NCBI GenBank assembly: GCA_038323715.1
Contig: JBBQHF010000003.1
Span: 22,489 to 86,488, forward strand
Direction: 5' to 3'
DNA: 64,000 nt
DNA from: Patescibacteria group bacterium
Lineage (GTDB): Bacteria; Patescibacteriota; Patescibacteriia; Patescibacteriales; UBA12465
Within the stretch, counting starts at the first letter, position 1, and every line of letters starts with the position of its first letter. A model generated the notes under the pieces. The model had not been told where the DNA came from, ran no database searches, and saw only the letters and a list, made by a program, of their open reading frames with translations. The position numbers and the translations under genes are program-made. Of the stretch, positions 1 to 7,770 are shown piece after piece.

Positions 1-190
1 TTACTACAACTGCTTTTACAACATCACTTTTCTTAACAGCGGCATGAGGAGTGGCGCTTTTAACAGCGGCAATTATAATATTACCGACGTGAGCGTAACG
101 TCTGCCTGTTCCACCTAAAACTCTGATGCACATTACTTCCTTGGCACCGGAATTATCAGCTACTTTTAAACGAGTTTGCACTTGTATCAT
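1..190 (-). CDS. rplN: 50S ribosomal protein L14 (5' part; gene runs off left edge)
   Basis: Not in ORF track. Minus-strand translation from ATG at 190-188 reads [63 protein letters not shown], a canonical L14 N-terminus. It follows rpsQ in S10/spc gene order. Confidence 0.9.
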   Translation of the reverse strand, partial: MIQVQTRLKVADNSGAKEVMCIRVLGGTGRRYAHVGNIIIAAVKSATPHAAVKKSDVVKAVVV

Positions 191-212
191 ATTTTTAGAA
201 CTTCTTGATTAC

Positions 213-476
213 TTATAAAACTCTCCATCTTTTATCGCGACTAAGAGGGCGACATTGAATGAAGGAAACCTTATCACCAGTTTTGTGTTCATTCTTTTCA
301 TCATGAACTTTATATTTACGACTAATGGTGTATCTTTTTTTATACTTGGGATGGACTTTAACAGTTTCAACTTTAACAACAATAGTTTTGTCGCTTTTGT
401 CGCTGACAACTACGCCATTGAACTTTCTGCGAATAACTTCCGGCTTGGTTGTTTTGTTTTCAGAACTTGCGGTCAT
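213..476 (-). CDS. rpsQ: 30S ribosomal protein S17
   Basis: 87 aa; RRKFNGVVVSDKSDKTIVVKVETVKVHPKYKKRY... is a typical S17 OB fold. Operon position L29-S17-L14. Confidence 0.93.
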   Translation of the reverse strand: MTASSENKTTKPEVIRRKFNGVVVSDKSDKTIVVKVETVKVHPKYKKRYTISRKYKVHDEKNEHKTGDKVSFIQCRPLSRDKRWRVL

Positions 477-477
477 A

Positions 478-663
478 TTATTTTTTCTTATTTGTTATCG
501 TTAAAATCTGGGCGATAAGCTTTTTAATAACTCTAATTTCCCTGATATTTTTTAATTGTTTGTTTGAATCCTTAAAACGTAGGTCACGTAATTTATCTTG
601 ATTTAATTCAAGATCTTTCTTTAATTCAACCGCGTCCTTAGTCTCTAATTCTTTGATATCCAT
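478..663 (-). CDS. rpmC: 50S ribosomal protein L29
   Basis: 61 aa helical Lys/Glu-rich protein between L16 and S17; KELRxL...LRFK pattern. Confidence 0.88.
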   Translation of the reverse strand: MDIKELETKDAVELKKDLELNQDKLRDLRFKDSNKQLKNIREIRVIKKLIAQILTITNKKK

Positions 664-683
664 ATTATTTTATAACTGTTTAT

Positions 684-1091
684 TTATTCTTTGGTAATAA
701 ACTGACATTTAATAGGCAATTTATGAGCCGCTGATTCCATCGCTAGTTTAGCCGTTTCTCGGTCAATACCTTCCATTTCAAATAAAACCATGCCCGGTTT
801 GATGATGGCGACGTAGTAGTCAACCGCACCTTTACCTTTACCCATCGGAATCTCTCCGCCATGAGCCGTAACTGGTTTATCGGGGAAAATTCTAATCCAG
901 ATTTTACCAGTCTTCTTAACATATTTAGTCATAACACGACGAGCGGATTCAATCTGACGAGCAGTAACCCAGCAAGCAGTTAAACTTTTTAGACCATAAC
1001 TTCCAAAACTGATATTTAAATTACGAGTGGCTTTGCCGCCGCGTCGTCTTTTCTGGTCTTTTCTCCATTTAGTTTTCTTTGGCATTAACAT
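684..1091 (-). CDS. rplP: 50S ribosomal protein L16
   Basis: Starts MLMPKKTKWRK..., the canonical L16 N-terminus; 135 aa. Confidence 0.95.
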   Translation of the reverse strand: MLMPKKTKWRKDQKRRRGGKATRNLNISFGSYGLKSLTACWVTARQIESARRVMTKYVKKTGKIWIRIFPDKPVTAHGGEIPMGKGKGAVDYYVAIIKPGMVLFEMEGIDRETAKLAMESAAHKLPIKCQFITKE

Positions 1092-1121
1092 ATTTTTGTA
1101 AACTTGAGTACTTCAAAAAAT

Positions 1122-1805
1122 TTATTTATTTTCAATCACTTCTCCGGCTACTGGTTTATCTTTTTCAAAAACTTCACCTTTATAAACCCAAACTTTAATT
1201 CCAATCGCGCCATAGGTTGTTCTAGCAACTCCACGAGCATAATCAATATCAGCTCTTAAAGTTTGCAATGGGACTTTGCCCCAAACAAGTTTTTCAGTAC
1301 GAGCAATTTCAGCACCATTTAAACGTCCGGCAACCACTGTTTTAGCGCCCAGGGCGCCGCCTCTTTCAATCTTGGCAATCGCTTGTTTCATCACCTTTCT
1401 GAAAGGTAATCTTTTTTCAATATCTAAAATCATTGTCGACACTACGATTTGAGCGCTTAAATTTGGGCGATTAACTTCTTTAATATTTAAATTAATTTCC
1501 TGCATTCTAAAATTCTTTAAAAATTTATCATGCAATTTTTTCTTTAAATCTTCAACGCCATTTCCGCCACGACCGATAATAATACCTGGCTTGGCAGTGA
1601 AAACACTGATTTCAATCTTATTAATTCCACGGGAAATTTCTACTCTATCAACCCCAGCTTCTTTAAATTCTTTGATTAAATGTTTGCGAATATAAATATC
1701 TTGTTTGATATTTTTAATATATTGCTCACCAGTTTCAAACCAAAGAGAAGGCCAAGTTTTGGTGATCCCCATGCGTAGAATTTTTGGATTAACTTTTTTA
1801 CCCAT
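1122..1805 (-). CDS. rpsC: 30S ribosomal protein S3
   Basis: MGKKVNPKILRMGITKTWPSLWF... with KH and S3-C domains; 227 aa. Confidence 0.95.
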   Translation of the reverse strand: MGKKVNPKILRMGITKTWPSLWFETGEQYIKNIKQDIYIRKHLIKEFKEAGVDRVEISRGINKIEISVFTAKPGIIIGRGGNGVEDLKKKLHDKFLKNFRMQEINLNIKEVNRPNLSAQIVVSTMILDIEKRLPFRKVMKQAIAKIERGGALGAKTVVAGRLNGAEIARTEKLVWGKVPLQTLRADIDYARGVARTTYGAIGIKVWVYKGEVFEKDKPVAGEVIENK

Positions 1806-1832
1806 ATTTATTACGGTTACGTGTTTATTATA

Positions 1833-2342
1833 TTAACCAGCTTTTCTTCTCATAAAAACTTTAGCTTTCTCCGGTGCGGTCATTTTCTTTACATTATCTT
1901 TTTCCGGTTTAACGGCCATTTTAGCAGCCTTCTCACCATCTTTAGCTAATTTTTCTAATTTAACTGGATCGGCAGCTTTAACAATTTTCTTCTCCTTCTT
2001 GCCGCTTTCTTTAATTTCAGCCAAAGTTACGTCAATGTGACAACCTCTTTTTCTGATTGCGCTCGCTCTACCATGAGCTCTAGGCATCCAGCGTTTTAAG
2101 GTTACCCCTTCATCAGCTCGAATTTCTTTAATAAACAAATTAGATTTTTCCAAACTATAAGTATTTTCCGCATTAGCAATTGCTGATTTAATCAACTTTC
2201 TAACCGGTAAAGCCGCCTTCTTGTTGATAAACTTCAATTGATCTAAAGCAGCTACAACCGGCATCTTACGAACGACATCGATTATTAAGCGCACTTTTTG
2301 AGCGGACATTCTTAAATGTTTTAAACTGGCTTTTGCTTCCAT
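1833..2342 (-). CDS. rplV: 50S ribosomal protein L22 with Lys-rich C-terminal extension
   Basis: MEAKASLKHLRMSAQKVRLIIDVVR... is an L22 core. Start trimmed to the ATG at 2342, because the track start at 2354 is TTG. About 55 extra C-terminal residues. Confidence 0.9.
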   Translation of the reverse strand: MEAKASLKHLRMSAQKVRLIIDVVRKMPVVAALDQLKFINKKAALPVRKLIKSAIANAENTYSLEKSNLFIKEIRADEGVTLKRWMPRAHGRASAIRKRGCHIDVTLAEIKESGKKEKKIVKAADPVKLEKLAKDGEKAAKMAVKPEKDNVKKMTAPEKAKVFMRRKAG

Positions 2343-2354
2343 ATAGATTTTCAA

Positions 2355-2642
2355 TTATTTTTTAGCGGCCGCTTGTGTCTTAGCCATCTTTCCTCCGTGA
2401 CCAGGGAATTTTCTAGTTGCCGAAAATTCTCCTAAACGATGACCAACCATATTTTCAACAACGTAAACTGGAATATGAGTTTTTCCGTTATGGACACCCA
2501 AGGTAAAACCAACCATTTCTGGTGTAATTGTACAAGCTCTATCCCAAACCTTTAACACGGTTTTATCACCAGCGGGAAGATTTTTGATTTTATTTATCAG
2601 CCTGAGGTTGATGTATGGCCCTTTTTTTAGACTTCTGGACAT
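2355..2642 (-). CDS. rpsS: 30S ribosomal protein S19
   Basis: [11 protein letters not shown]...[17 protein letters not shown] is canonical S19. Confidence 0.95.
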   Translation of the reverse strand: MSRSLKKGPYINLRLINKIKNLPAGDKTVLKVWDRACTITPEMVGFTLGVHNGKTHIPVYVVENMVGHRLGEFSATRKFPGHGGKMAKTQAAAKK

Positions 2643-2666
2643 AATTATTTAAAATTAATTACTTCT

Positions 2667-3503
2667 TTATTTGCGTTTAGCTCTTCTTTTAACAATCAAA
2701 CGGTCACTGTGACGTTTCTTTCTAGTCTTAACACCAAGAGCAGGTTTACCCCAAATAGTCTTCGGATGTTTCAAACCAATAGACTGTTTACCTTCACCAC
2801 CACCATGAGGGTGATCAACTGGATTCATAGCAGTACCACGGACAGTCGGTCTAATACCAAGGTGACGACTGCGACCAGCTTTTCCTAAAGAGATATGACG
2901 TTTATCTGGGTTACTTGCTTGACCAACAGTACATAAACATTCTTTCTTGATTAATCTGATTTCACCTGATGGCATTTTTACTTGAGCATACTTACCTTCA
3001 ACACCCATGACATAAACTACATTTCCAGCACCACGAGCGATTTTAGAACCCTGACCAGGCTCTAGCTCTACGGAACTAACTGGCATACCAGCGGGGATGA
3101 ATTTTAAAGGTAAAGCATTACCATTTTTTATTTCAATTAACTCTTTAGAACTAATTAATTTATCACCAACACCTACATTTATAGGAGCAACGATATATCT
3201 TTTTTCACCATCAGCGTAATGTAATAAAGCCAATCTAGCCCCTCTGTTTGGATCGTATTCAATCGCAGCGACAGTGGAAACAACATCAAACTTATCACGT
3301 CTAAAGTCAACTAAACGAGTATAACGCTTAGCGCCTCCTCCACGATGTCTAACAGTAATCTTACCGGTTGAATTACGGCCGCCTCTTCGTCTTCTAATTA
3401 CGACCAATCTTTTTTCCGGAGTAGACTTGGTAATATCTTTAAAATCGTCAAAAGTCGCTTCACGGCGTCCAGGGGTATTCGCTTTTACTTTTTTAATTCC
3501 CAT
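2667..3503 (-). CDS. rplB: 50S ribosomal protein L2
   Basis: 278 aa; ...GTAMNPVDHPHGGGEGK... is the L2 signature. Confidence 0.96.
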   Translation of the reverse strand: MGIKKVKANTPGRREATFDDFKDITKSTPEKRLVVIRRRRGGRNSTGKITVRHRGGGAKRYTRLVDFRRDKFDVVSTVAAIEYDPNRGARLALLHYADGEKRYIVAPINVGVGDKLISSKELIEIKNGNALPLKFIPAGMPVSSVELEPGQGSKIARGAGNVVYVMGVEGKYAQVKMPSGEIRLIKKECLCTVGQASNPDKRHISLGKAGRSRHLGIRPTVRGTAMNPVDHPHGGGEGKQSIGLKHPKTIWGKPALGVKTRKKRHSDRLIVKRRAKRK

Positions 3504-3540
3504 ATTGATGAATAAAATTTCTATTTATAAATGCTCTCGA

Positions 3541-3999
3541 TTATACGCCTTCGTAAATCTTGATGGTATCACCTTTAGCTAAAGTAATAATTGCTTTTTT
3601 CCAATTCTTTCTTTGGCCACGGATTTTTCCACGAGAGACTCTTTTGCCTTTCATGTTTACGATATTAACGTCAACTGGTTTTACACCATAAACAGCCTCA
3701 ATCGCTTTAGCCGCTTCAATTTTGTTAGCGGAGTTAGCGATAACAAATACATACTTATTTTCACTGGCTAAATGAGTAGCTTTTTCAGTAATCAGGGGTT
3801 TCACCAAACAACGACTAGAAGCAGAATGTCTGACGACCGCATTCTTTGATTTAGTAGCACTCTTAGAAGTTTCTGCATACAAATCTTTCATGCTAGGAGC
3901 TTCTGTGGCTTCAACTTTCTTAGCAACGGGAGCTTTTTTAACAGCCGCAGTTGTTTTCTTATCTTCAGTTTTAGTTGTCTTAGATCCGAATAACGCCAT
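3541..3999 (-). CDS. rplW: 50S ribosomal protein L23 with about 65-aa N-terminal Lys/Ala/Thr-rich extension
   Basis: C-terminal LVKPLITEKATHLASENKYVFVIANSANKIEAAKAIEAVYGVKPVDVNIVN is the L23 core. ATG at 3999 lies 4 nt after the rplD stop; the track start at 4035 overlaps rplD. Confidence 0.88.
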   Translation of the reverse strand: MALFGSKTTKTEDKKTTAAVKKAPVAKKVEATEAPSMKDLYAETSKSATKSKNAVVRHSASSRCLVKPLITEKATHLASENKYVFVIANSANKIEAAKAIEAVYGVKPVDVNIVNMKGKRVSRGKIRGQRKNWKKAIITLAKGDTIKIYEGV

Positions 4000-4003
4000 A
4001 TTT

Positions 4004-4654
4004 TTATTTATTATAGAGTTTGGTAAAAGCTTCAATTGCTTTTTCCGTTAGTAGTACATTCTTATAATTTAGCAAATCAACTAAATTGATATTTTCTAAA
4101 TTGATAATTTTTGTACCGGTCAAATTACGTCCAGAATATTTTAATTTTTCATCCTTAGAATCATTTATTACTAAAATATTACGACGTTCGTTGTTTAAAA
4201 TTTTCTTTTCAACGGCGGTGATAATTTCATTAAATTTCTTTGTTTTGTATTCTGCCAGTTCTAAATTATCAACCACAACCAATGAATTGTTTTTAACTCT
4301 ATCTGATAAAACCATAAAGATTGCCTTTTGCTTCATCTTTTGATTTATTTTCTTTTTAAAATTTCTATCTTTAGTAGGACCAAAAGTTACGCCACCACCA
4401 ATCCAAATAGGACTCCTACTTGAACCAACACGAGCACGTCCGGTTCCCTTTTGTTTCCAAGGTTTTTTACCACCACCGGAAACTTCACTTCTGTCTTTAG
4501 TATGAGCTAAAACCTGACGACAATTAGCCATTTGGGTAACCATCGCTTGATGAAGCAACTCATGGTTAGCTTCAATCGCGAAAATATTTTCGCTCAATTC
4601 TAAATCCTTAACAGGTTCAGCGGTTTGATTGTAGACTTTTATCTTTAATGACAT
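4004..4654 (-). CDS. rplD: 50S ribosomal protein L4
   Basis: 216 aa; ...TKDRSEVSGGGKKPWKQKGTGRARVGSSRSPIWIGGGVTFGP is the L4 signature. Confidence 0.95.
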   Translation of the reverse strand: MSLKIKVYNQTAEPVKDLELSENIFAIEANHELLHQAMVTQMANCRQVLAHTKDRSEVSGGGKKPWKQKGTGRARVGSSRSPIWIGGGVTFGPTKDRNFKKKINQKMKQKAIFMVLSDRVKNNSLVVVDNLELAEYKTKKFNEIITAVEKKILNNERRNILVINDSKDEKLKYSGRNLTGTKIINLENINLVDLLNYKNVLLTEKAIEAFTKLYNK

Positions 4655-4679
4655 ATGATCTCGATTTACTAATTACTAA

Positions 4680-5492
4680 TTATGAAACTACCTCTTCCGT
4701 CTTGGCTTCCTCGATCTTCTGTTCTGCAACCGCTTCAACCGGAGTTTCAACTTTCACTTCTTCAGTTTTTACTTCTTCAGTTTTTATTTCTTCAACCGGA
4801 GTTTCAACTGGAGTTTCTTCAGTTTTTATTTCTTCAACCGGAGTTTCAGCCTTTGTTGATTTCAAATTAACCTTCAATTCACCTTGAGCATTAATCATTA
4901 CTAAACCATTAATTGCTCCAGGAATTGCGCCTTTAATAAAAATGATATTATTTTCAGCGTCAACTTTTAATATTTCTAAATTTGTAGTGGTCACTCTTTC
5001 GCCGCCCATACGTCCACCCATTCTAGTACCTTTAAAAACGTGAGCTGGGCCTTTAGGTCCGATAGAACCAGGCATTCTTTCTTGATCTTTGTTACCATGA
5101 GTCTTTCTAAAACCGTGAAAACCATGACGTTTTACAACCCCCTGGAATCCTTTACCTTTGGAAATAGCAGTAACATTGATTGTATCCCCCGCTTCAAAAG
5201 TTTCAACACTAACGACATCGCCAACCTTGAAATTAGCCGCTTCAGTAGTTCTGAATTCTCTAACATGTTTAGGCATCTTTTCCATGCCTTTAAAATGTCC
5301 AAGCTGAGGTTTCTTAATATTTTTAGCTTTTCTTTCGCCGTATGCTAATTGTAAAGCTTCATAACCATCTTTAGTTTTGGTTTTAACCTGAGTTACTTGG
5401 CAAGGACCGGCTTGAACAGGAGTAATTGCAAATACTTTATCTCCTTCCCAAACTTGGGTCATGCTCATTTTTTTTCCGCTGATAAATTTCAT
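4680..5492 (-). CDS. rplC: 50S ribosomal protein L3 with repetitive Glu/Thr/Pro/Val C-terminal tail
   Basis: MKFISGKKMSMTQVWEGDK... is a canonical L3 start at ATG 5492. The track start at 5582 is TTG and adds an implausible hydrophobic leader. FKGxGFQGVVKRHGF motif present. The last ~55 aa are ETPVEEIKTEE-type repeats. Confidence 0.92.
   Translation of the reverse strand: MKFISGKKMSMTQVWEGDKVFAITPVQAGPCQVTQVKTKTKDGYEALQLAYGERKAKNIKKPQLGHFKGMEKMPKHVREFRTTEAANFKVGDVVSVETFEAGDTINVTAISKGKGFQGVVKRHGFHGFRKTHGNKDQERMPGSIGPKGPAHVFKGTRMGGRMGGERVTTTNLEILKVDAENNIIFIKGAIPGAINGLVMINAQGELKVNLKSTKAETPVEEIKTEETPVETPVEEIKTEEVKTEEVKVETPVEAVAEQKIEEAKTEEVVS
4775..4848 (-). repeat. 42-nt-period tandem duplication inside the rplC 3' end
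   Basis: The 32-mer cttcagtttttatttcttcaaccggagtttca occurs perfectly at 4775-4806 and 4817-4848. The core ttcaaccggagtttca occurs a third time at 4734. Confidence 0.9.
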
Positions 5493-5511
5493 ATGATTCT
5501 TCAAAATACAC

Positions 5512-5540
5512 AAAAAAACTGGTGCAGTAGACCAGCTTAA
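5512..5540 (-). terminator. Terminator/attenuator-like hairpin plus U7 in the rpsJ-rplC spacer
   Basis: Minus strand reads aagCTGGTctactgcACCAGttttttt, with stem 5519-5523/5531-5535. It ends about 20 nt upstream of the rplC ATG. Confidence 0.35.
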
Positions 5541-5699
5541 AAAACAAAAAATGAAAAATAAAACGTTTATCTTATTTGCCAATCTTAATTTGTTCGCTGA
5601 TTTACCTCCAAATTTTGCTGATTTTAGCCAAGATACTTTCTATTTCTAAGAGTTGTCCTAACCGCTATAAGCAAAGGTTATTATTACTTTTTTATATTA

Positions 5700-6035
5700 C
5701 TACATTTTTATTTCCACGTCAACCCCAGCTGGAAGATTTAAGTTCGTCAAATCTTCAATCGTTTTAGCGCTTGGGTCAATAATATCAATCATACGCTTGT
5801 GGATACGCATTTCATATTGGTCTCTAGCATCTTTATGAACAAAAGTAGATCTGTTAACAGTATACTTTCTTTTTTCAATCGGAAGCGGAATCGGCCCAAA
5901 GAACTGGGCGTCAGAACGCTCGATAGTTTCAATAATAGTCTTAGTGGACTGATCAATGATTTTATGGTCAAAAGCCTTAATCTTGATTCTGATCCTCTGT
6001 TTGAATTCTTTTTCGTCTTTTTTGTGTTCGGACAT
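5700..6035 (-). CDS. rpsJ: 30S ribosomal protein S10
   Basis: [71 protein letters not shown] is canonical S10. Confidence 0.95.
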   Translation of the reverse strand: MSEHKKDEKEFKQRIRIKIKAFDHKIIDQSTKTIIETIERSDAQFFGPIPLPIEKRKYTVNRSTFVHKDARDQYEMRIHKRMIDIIDPSAKTIEDLTNLNLPAGVDVEIKM

Positions 6036-6064
6036 AATTTAATTTTTTTAAAATGATCGCTACT

Positions 6065-6094
6065 GACTTGCCCTTCTTGTTAGAAGAGCAAGTC
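6065..6094 (-). promoter_or_regulatory. 13-bp hairpin between tuf and rpsJ (partial terminator or S10-operon leader structure)
   Basis: gacttgcccttct/tgtt/agaagagcaagtc has one mismatch. There is no immediately adjacent U-tract on the minus strand. Confidence 0.35.
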
Positions 6095-6101
6095 TAAGCA
6101 A

Positions 6102-7289
6102 TTACTTTAAGATTTTAGTAACAACACCAGCGCCAACAGTACGTCCGCCTTCACGGATGGTAAACTTTTGTTTATCTTCAAGAGCAATAGGAGAAATTAA
6201 TTTAATATTTAAATTAACAGTATCTCCAGGCATAACCATTTCAGTTCCGGCAGGTAAAGTAATATCGCCAGTAACATCAGTGGTCTTGAAATAAAATTGT
6301 GGCTTATAACCATTAAAAAATGGTTTATGGCGTCCGCCTTCATCCTTAGATAAGACGTAAACTTCAGCACTAAATTCAGTGTGTGGAGTAACAGTTCCTG
6401 GCTTACAAAGAACCTGGCCTCTTTCAACTTCATTTTTCTTGGTGCCACGAAGAAGTAATCCAGCATTATCTCCAGCTTGACCTTGATCTAATTGTTTATT
6501 GAACATTTCAACGCCAGTAACAGTAGTTTTTTTAGTATCCATCAAACCAACAATTTCAACTTCTTCGCCAATTTTGATGACACCTCTTTCAATACGTCCA
6601 GTAACAACTGTACCACGACCTTCAATTGAGAAGATATCTTCAATCGGCATTAAGAAAGGTAAATCAAGGTCTCTGGTTGGTTCTGGAATAAATTCATCAA
6701 GTTGCTTCATAAGTTCCATTAAAGGAGCAGCATCTGGTCCAGTTGGATTTTCTAAAGCCTTTAGAGCACTACCTCTGATAATCGGAGTAGTATCACCTGG
6801 GAATTCATATTTCTTTAATAAATCACGAATTTCTTCTTCAACAAGGTCAATTAATTCCTTGTCTTCAACCATATCGCACTTGTTTAAGAAAACAATGATA
6901 TAAGGTACGCCAACCTGACGGGCTAATAAGATGTGTTCTCTAGTTTGAGGCATAGGGCCATCAGTAGCAGCAACCACTAAAATTGCACCGTCCATTTGAG
7001 CAGCACCAGTGATCATGTTCTTAACATAATCAGCATGTCCTGGACAATCAACGTGAGCATAGTGACGTTTTTCTGACTCGTATTCTACGTGAGCTGTAGC
7101 AATCGTAATTCCTCTTTCTTTTTCTTCCGGAGCAGCATCAATTTCTCCAACACCTTTGTGAGAAGCTTTCAAACCGTTGGCACTAAAAACTGCCAACATC
7201 GCTGCGGTTAAAGTGGTTTTTCCATGATCAACGTGGCCAATAGTGCCGACGTTAACATGGGGCTTATTTCGTTCAAATTTGTCTGCCAT
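6102..7289 (-). CDS. tuf: Elongation factor Tu
   Basis: [30 protein letters not shown]... Start trimmed to the ATG at 7289; 395 aa. Confidence 0.97.
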   Translation of the reverse strand: MADKFERNKPHVNVGTIGHVDHGKTTLTAAMLAVFSANGLKASHKGVGEIDAAPEEKERGITIATAHVEYESEKRHYAHVDCPGHADYVKNMITGAAQMDGAILVVAATDGPMPQTREHILLARQVGVPYIIVFLNKCDMVEDKELIDLVEEEIRDLLKKYEFPGDTTPIIRGSALKALENPTGPDAAPLMELMKQLDEFIPEPTRDLDLPFLMPIEDIFSIEGRGTVVTGRIERGVIKIGEEVEIVGLMDTKKTTVTGVEMFNKQLDQGQAGDNAGLLLRGTKKNEVERGQVLCKPGTVTPHTEFSAEVYVLSKDEGGRHKPFFNGYKPQFYFKTTDVTGDITLPAGTEMVMPGDTVNLNIKLISPIALEDKQKFTIREGGRTVGAGVVTKILK

Positions 7290-7392
7290 GTTTTTGTTGT
7301 AAGGCCCTCGCTTATGCAAGGTTTCTTTCCCTTATTTAGGAAACCAGCCGAACTAAATTAATAATTATTTTTAATAAATTTTAAATAAAAAA

Positions 7393-7728
7393 CTACTCGA
7401 CATTATGCGCATTATTCTTAACGGCCGGTGGGATACTCCAGGTTTTTTTAACCTTATCTTCTTCTGATAATACGGGCGCATTTTCTTGATTCTTCCAATT
7501 CGAGATTTCGCGATTAATTTTATCAGTTAAATCTTCTTCTGTCAAATTTTCACTCTCCTCTTTTTTAGCTGTAATAACGGGCTTTTTTTCAGGTTCGCTG
7601 GCATTATTCACATAGCTATTAAAATCCATTACGACGTAGGAGCTGTCTGGGTTAGCGGCATCAAAAACGATTACCTTGTCTCCAGTTTTTTTTATTAATT
7701 CAATAATTTTTTTAAATTGATCTGACAT
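7393..7728 (-). CDS. Hypothetical small acidic protein inserted between fusA and tuf
   Basis: 111 aa from the ATG at 7728 (the track start at 7752 is TTG). No recognisable family. The N-terminal KKIIELIKKTGDKVIVFDAANPDSSYVVMDFNSY resembles a Phd/YefM-type fold by eye only. Confidence 0.55.
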   Translation of the reverse strand: MSDQFKKIIELIKKTGDKVIVFDAANPDSSYVVMDFNSYVNNASEPEKKPVITAKKEESENLTEEDLTDKINREISNWKNQENAPVLSEEDKVKKTWSIPPAVKNNAHNVE

Positions 7729-7770
7729 ATTTTTATTGATTAACTTTGGCAAAAATTTATCTTCTAAAAT

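Noticed and set aside
255-518. Plus-strand 87-aa ORF. Similar antisense ORFs occur throughout the window, e.g. 4086-4343, 5040-5348, 6499-6903, 26588-26902, 37407-37922, 41663-42076 and 47431-47748.
   Set aside because: All lie antisense to well-supported conserved genes. They have low-complexity or hydrophobic translations typical of shadow ORFs in AT-rich DNA, and no independent start or SD support.
4700-4860. A possible CRISPR-like or tandem-repeat array.
   Set aside because: The repeats have a 42-nt period without unique spacers and lie in frame inside rplC. No CRISPR array or cas gene is present in the window.
4648-4887. Ser/Thr/Val-rich repetitive plus-strand ORFs (79 aa and 62 aa) that look like a repeat protein.
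   Set aside because: They are the reverse-complement shadow of the tandem repeat that encodes the Glu/Thr/Pro tail of L3.
5493-5582. The 30-aa hydrophobic N-terminal extension of L3 given by the ORF track (start at 5582).
   Set aside because: That start is TTG. The extension is signal-peptide-like and implausible for L3. The canonical MKFISGKK start is the ATG at 5492, and the region contains a hairpin and a U-tract.
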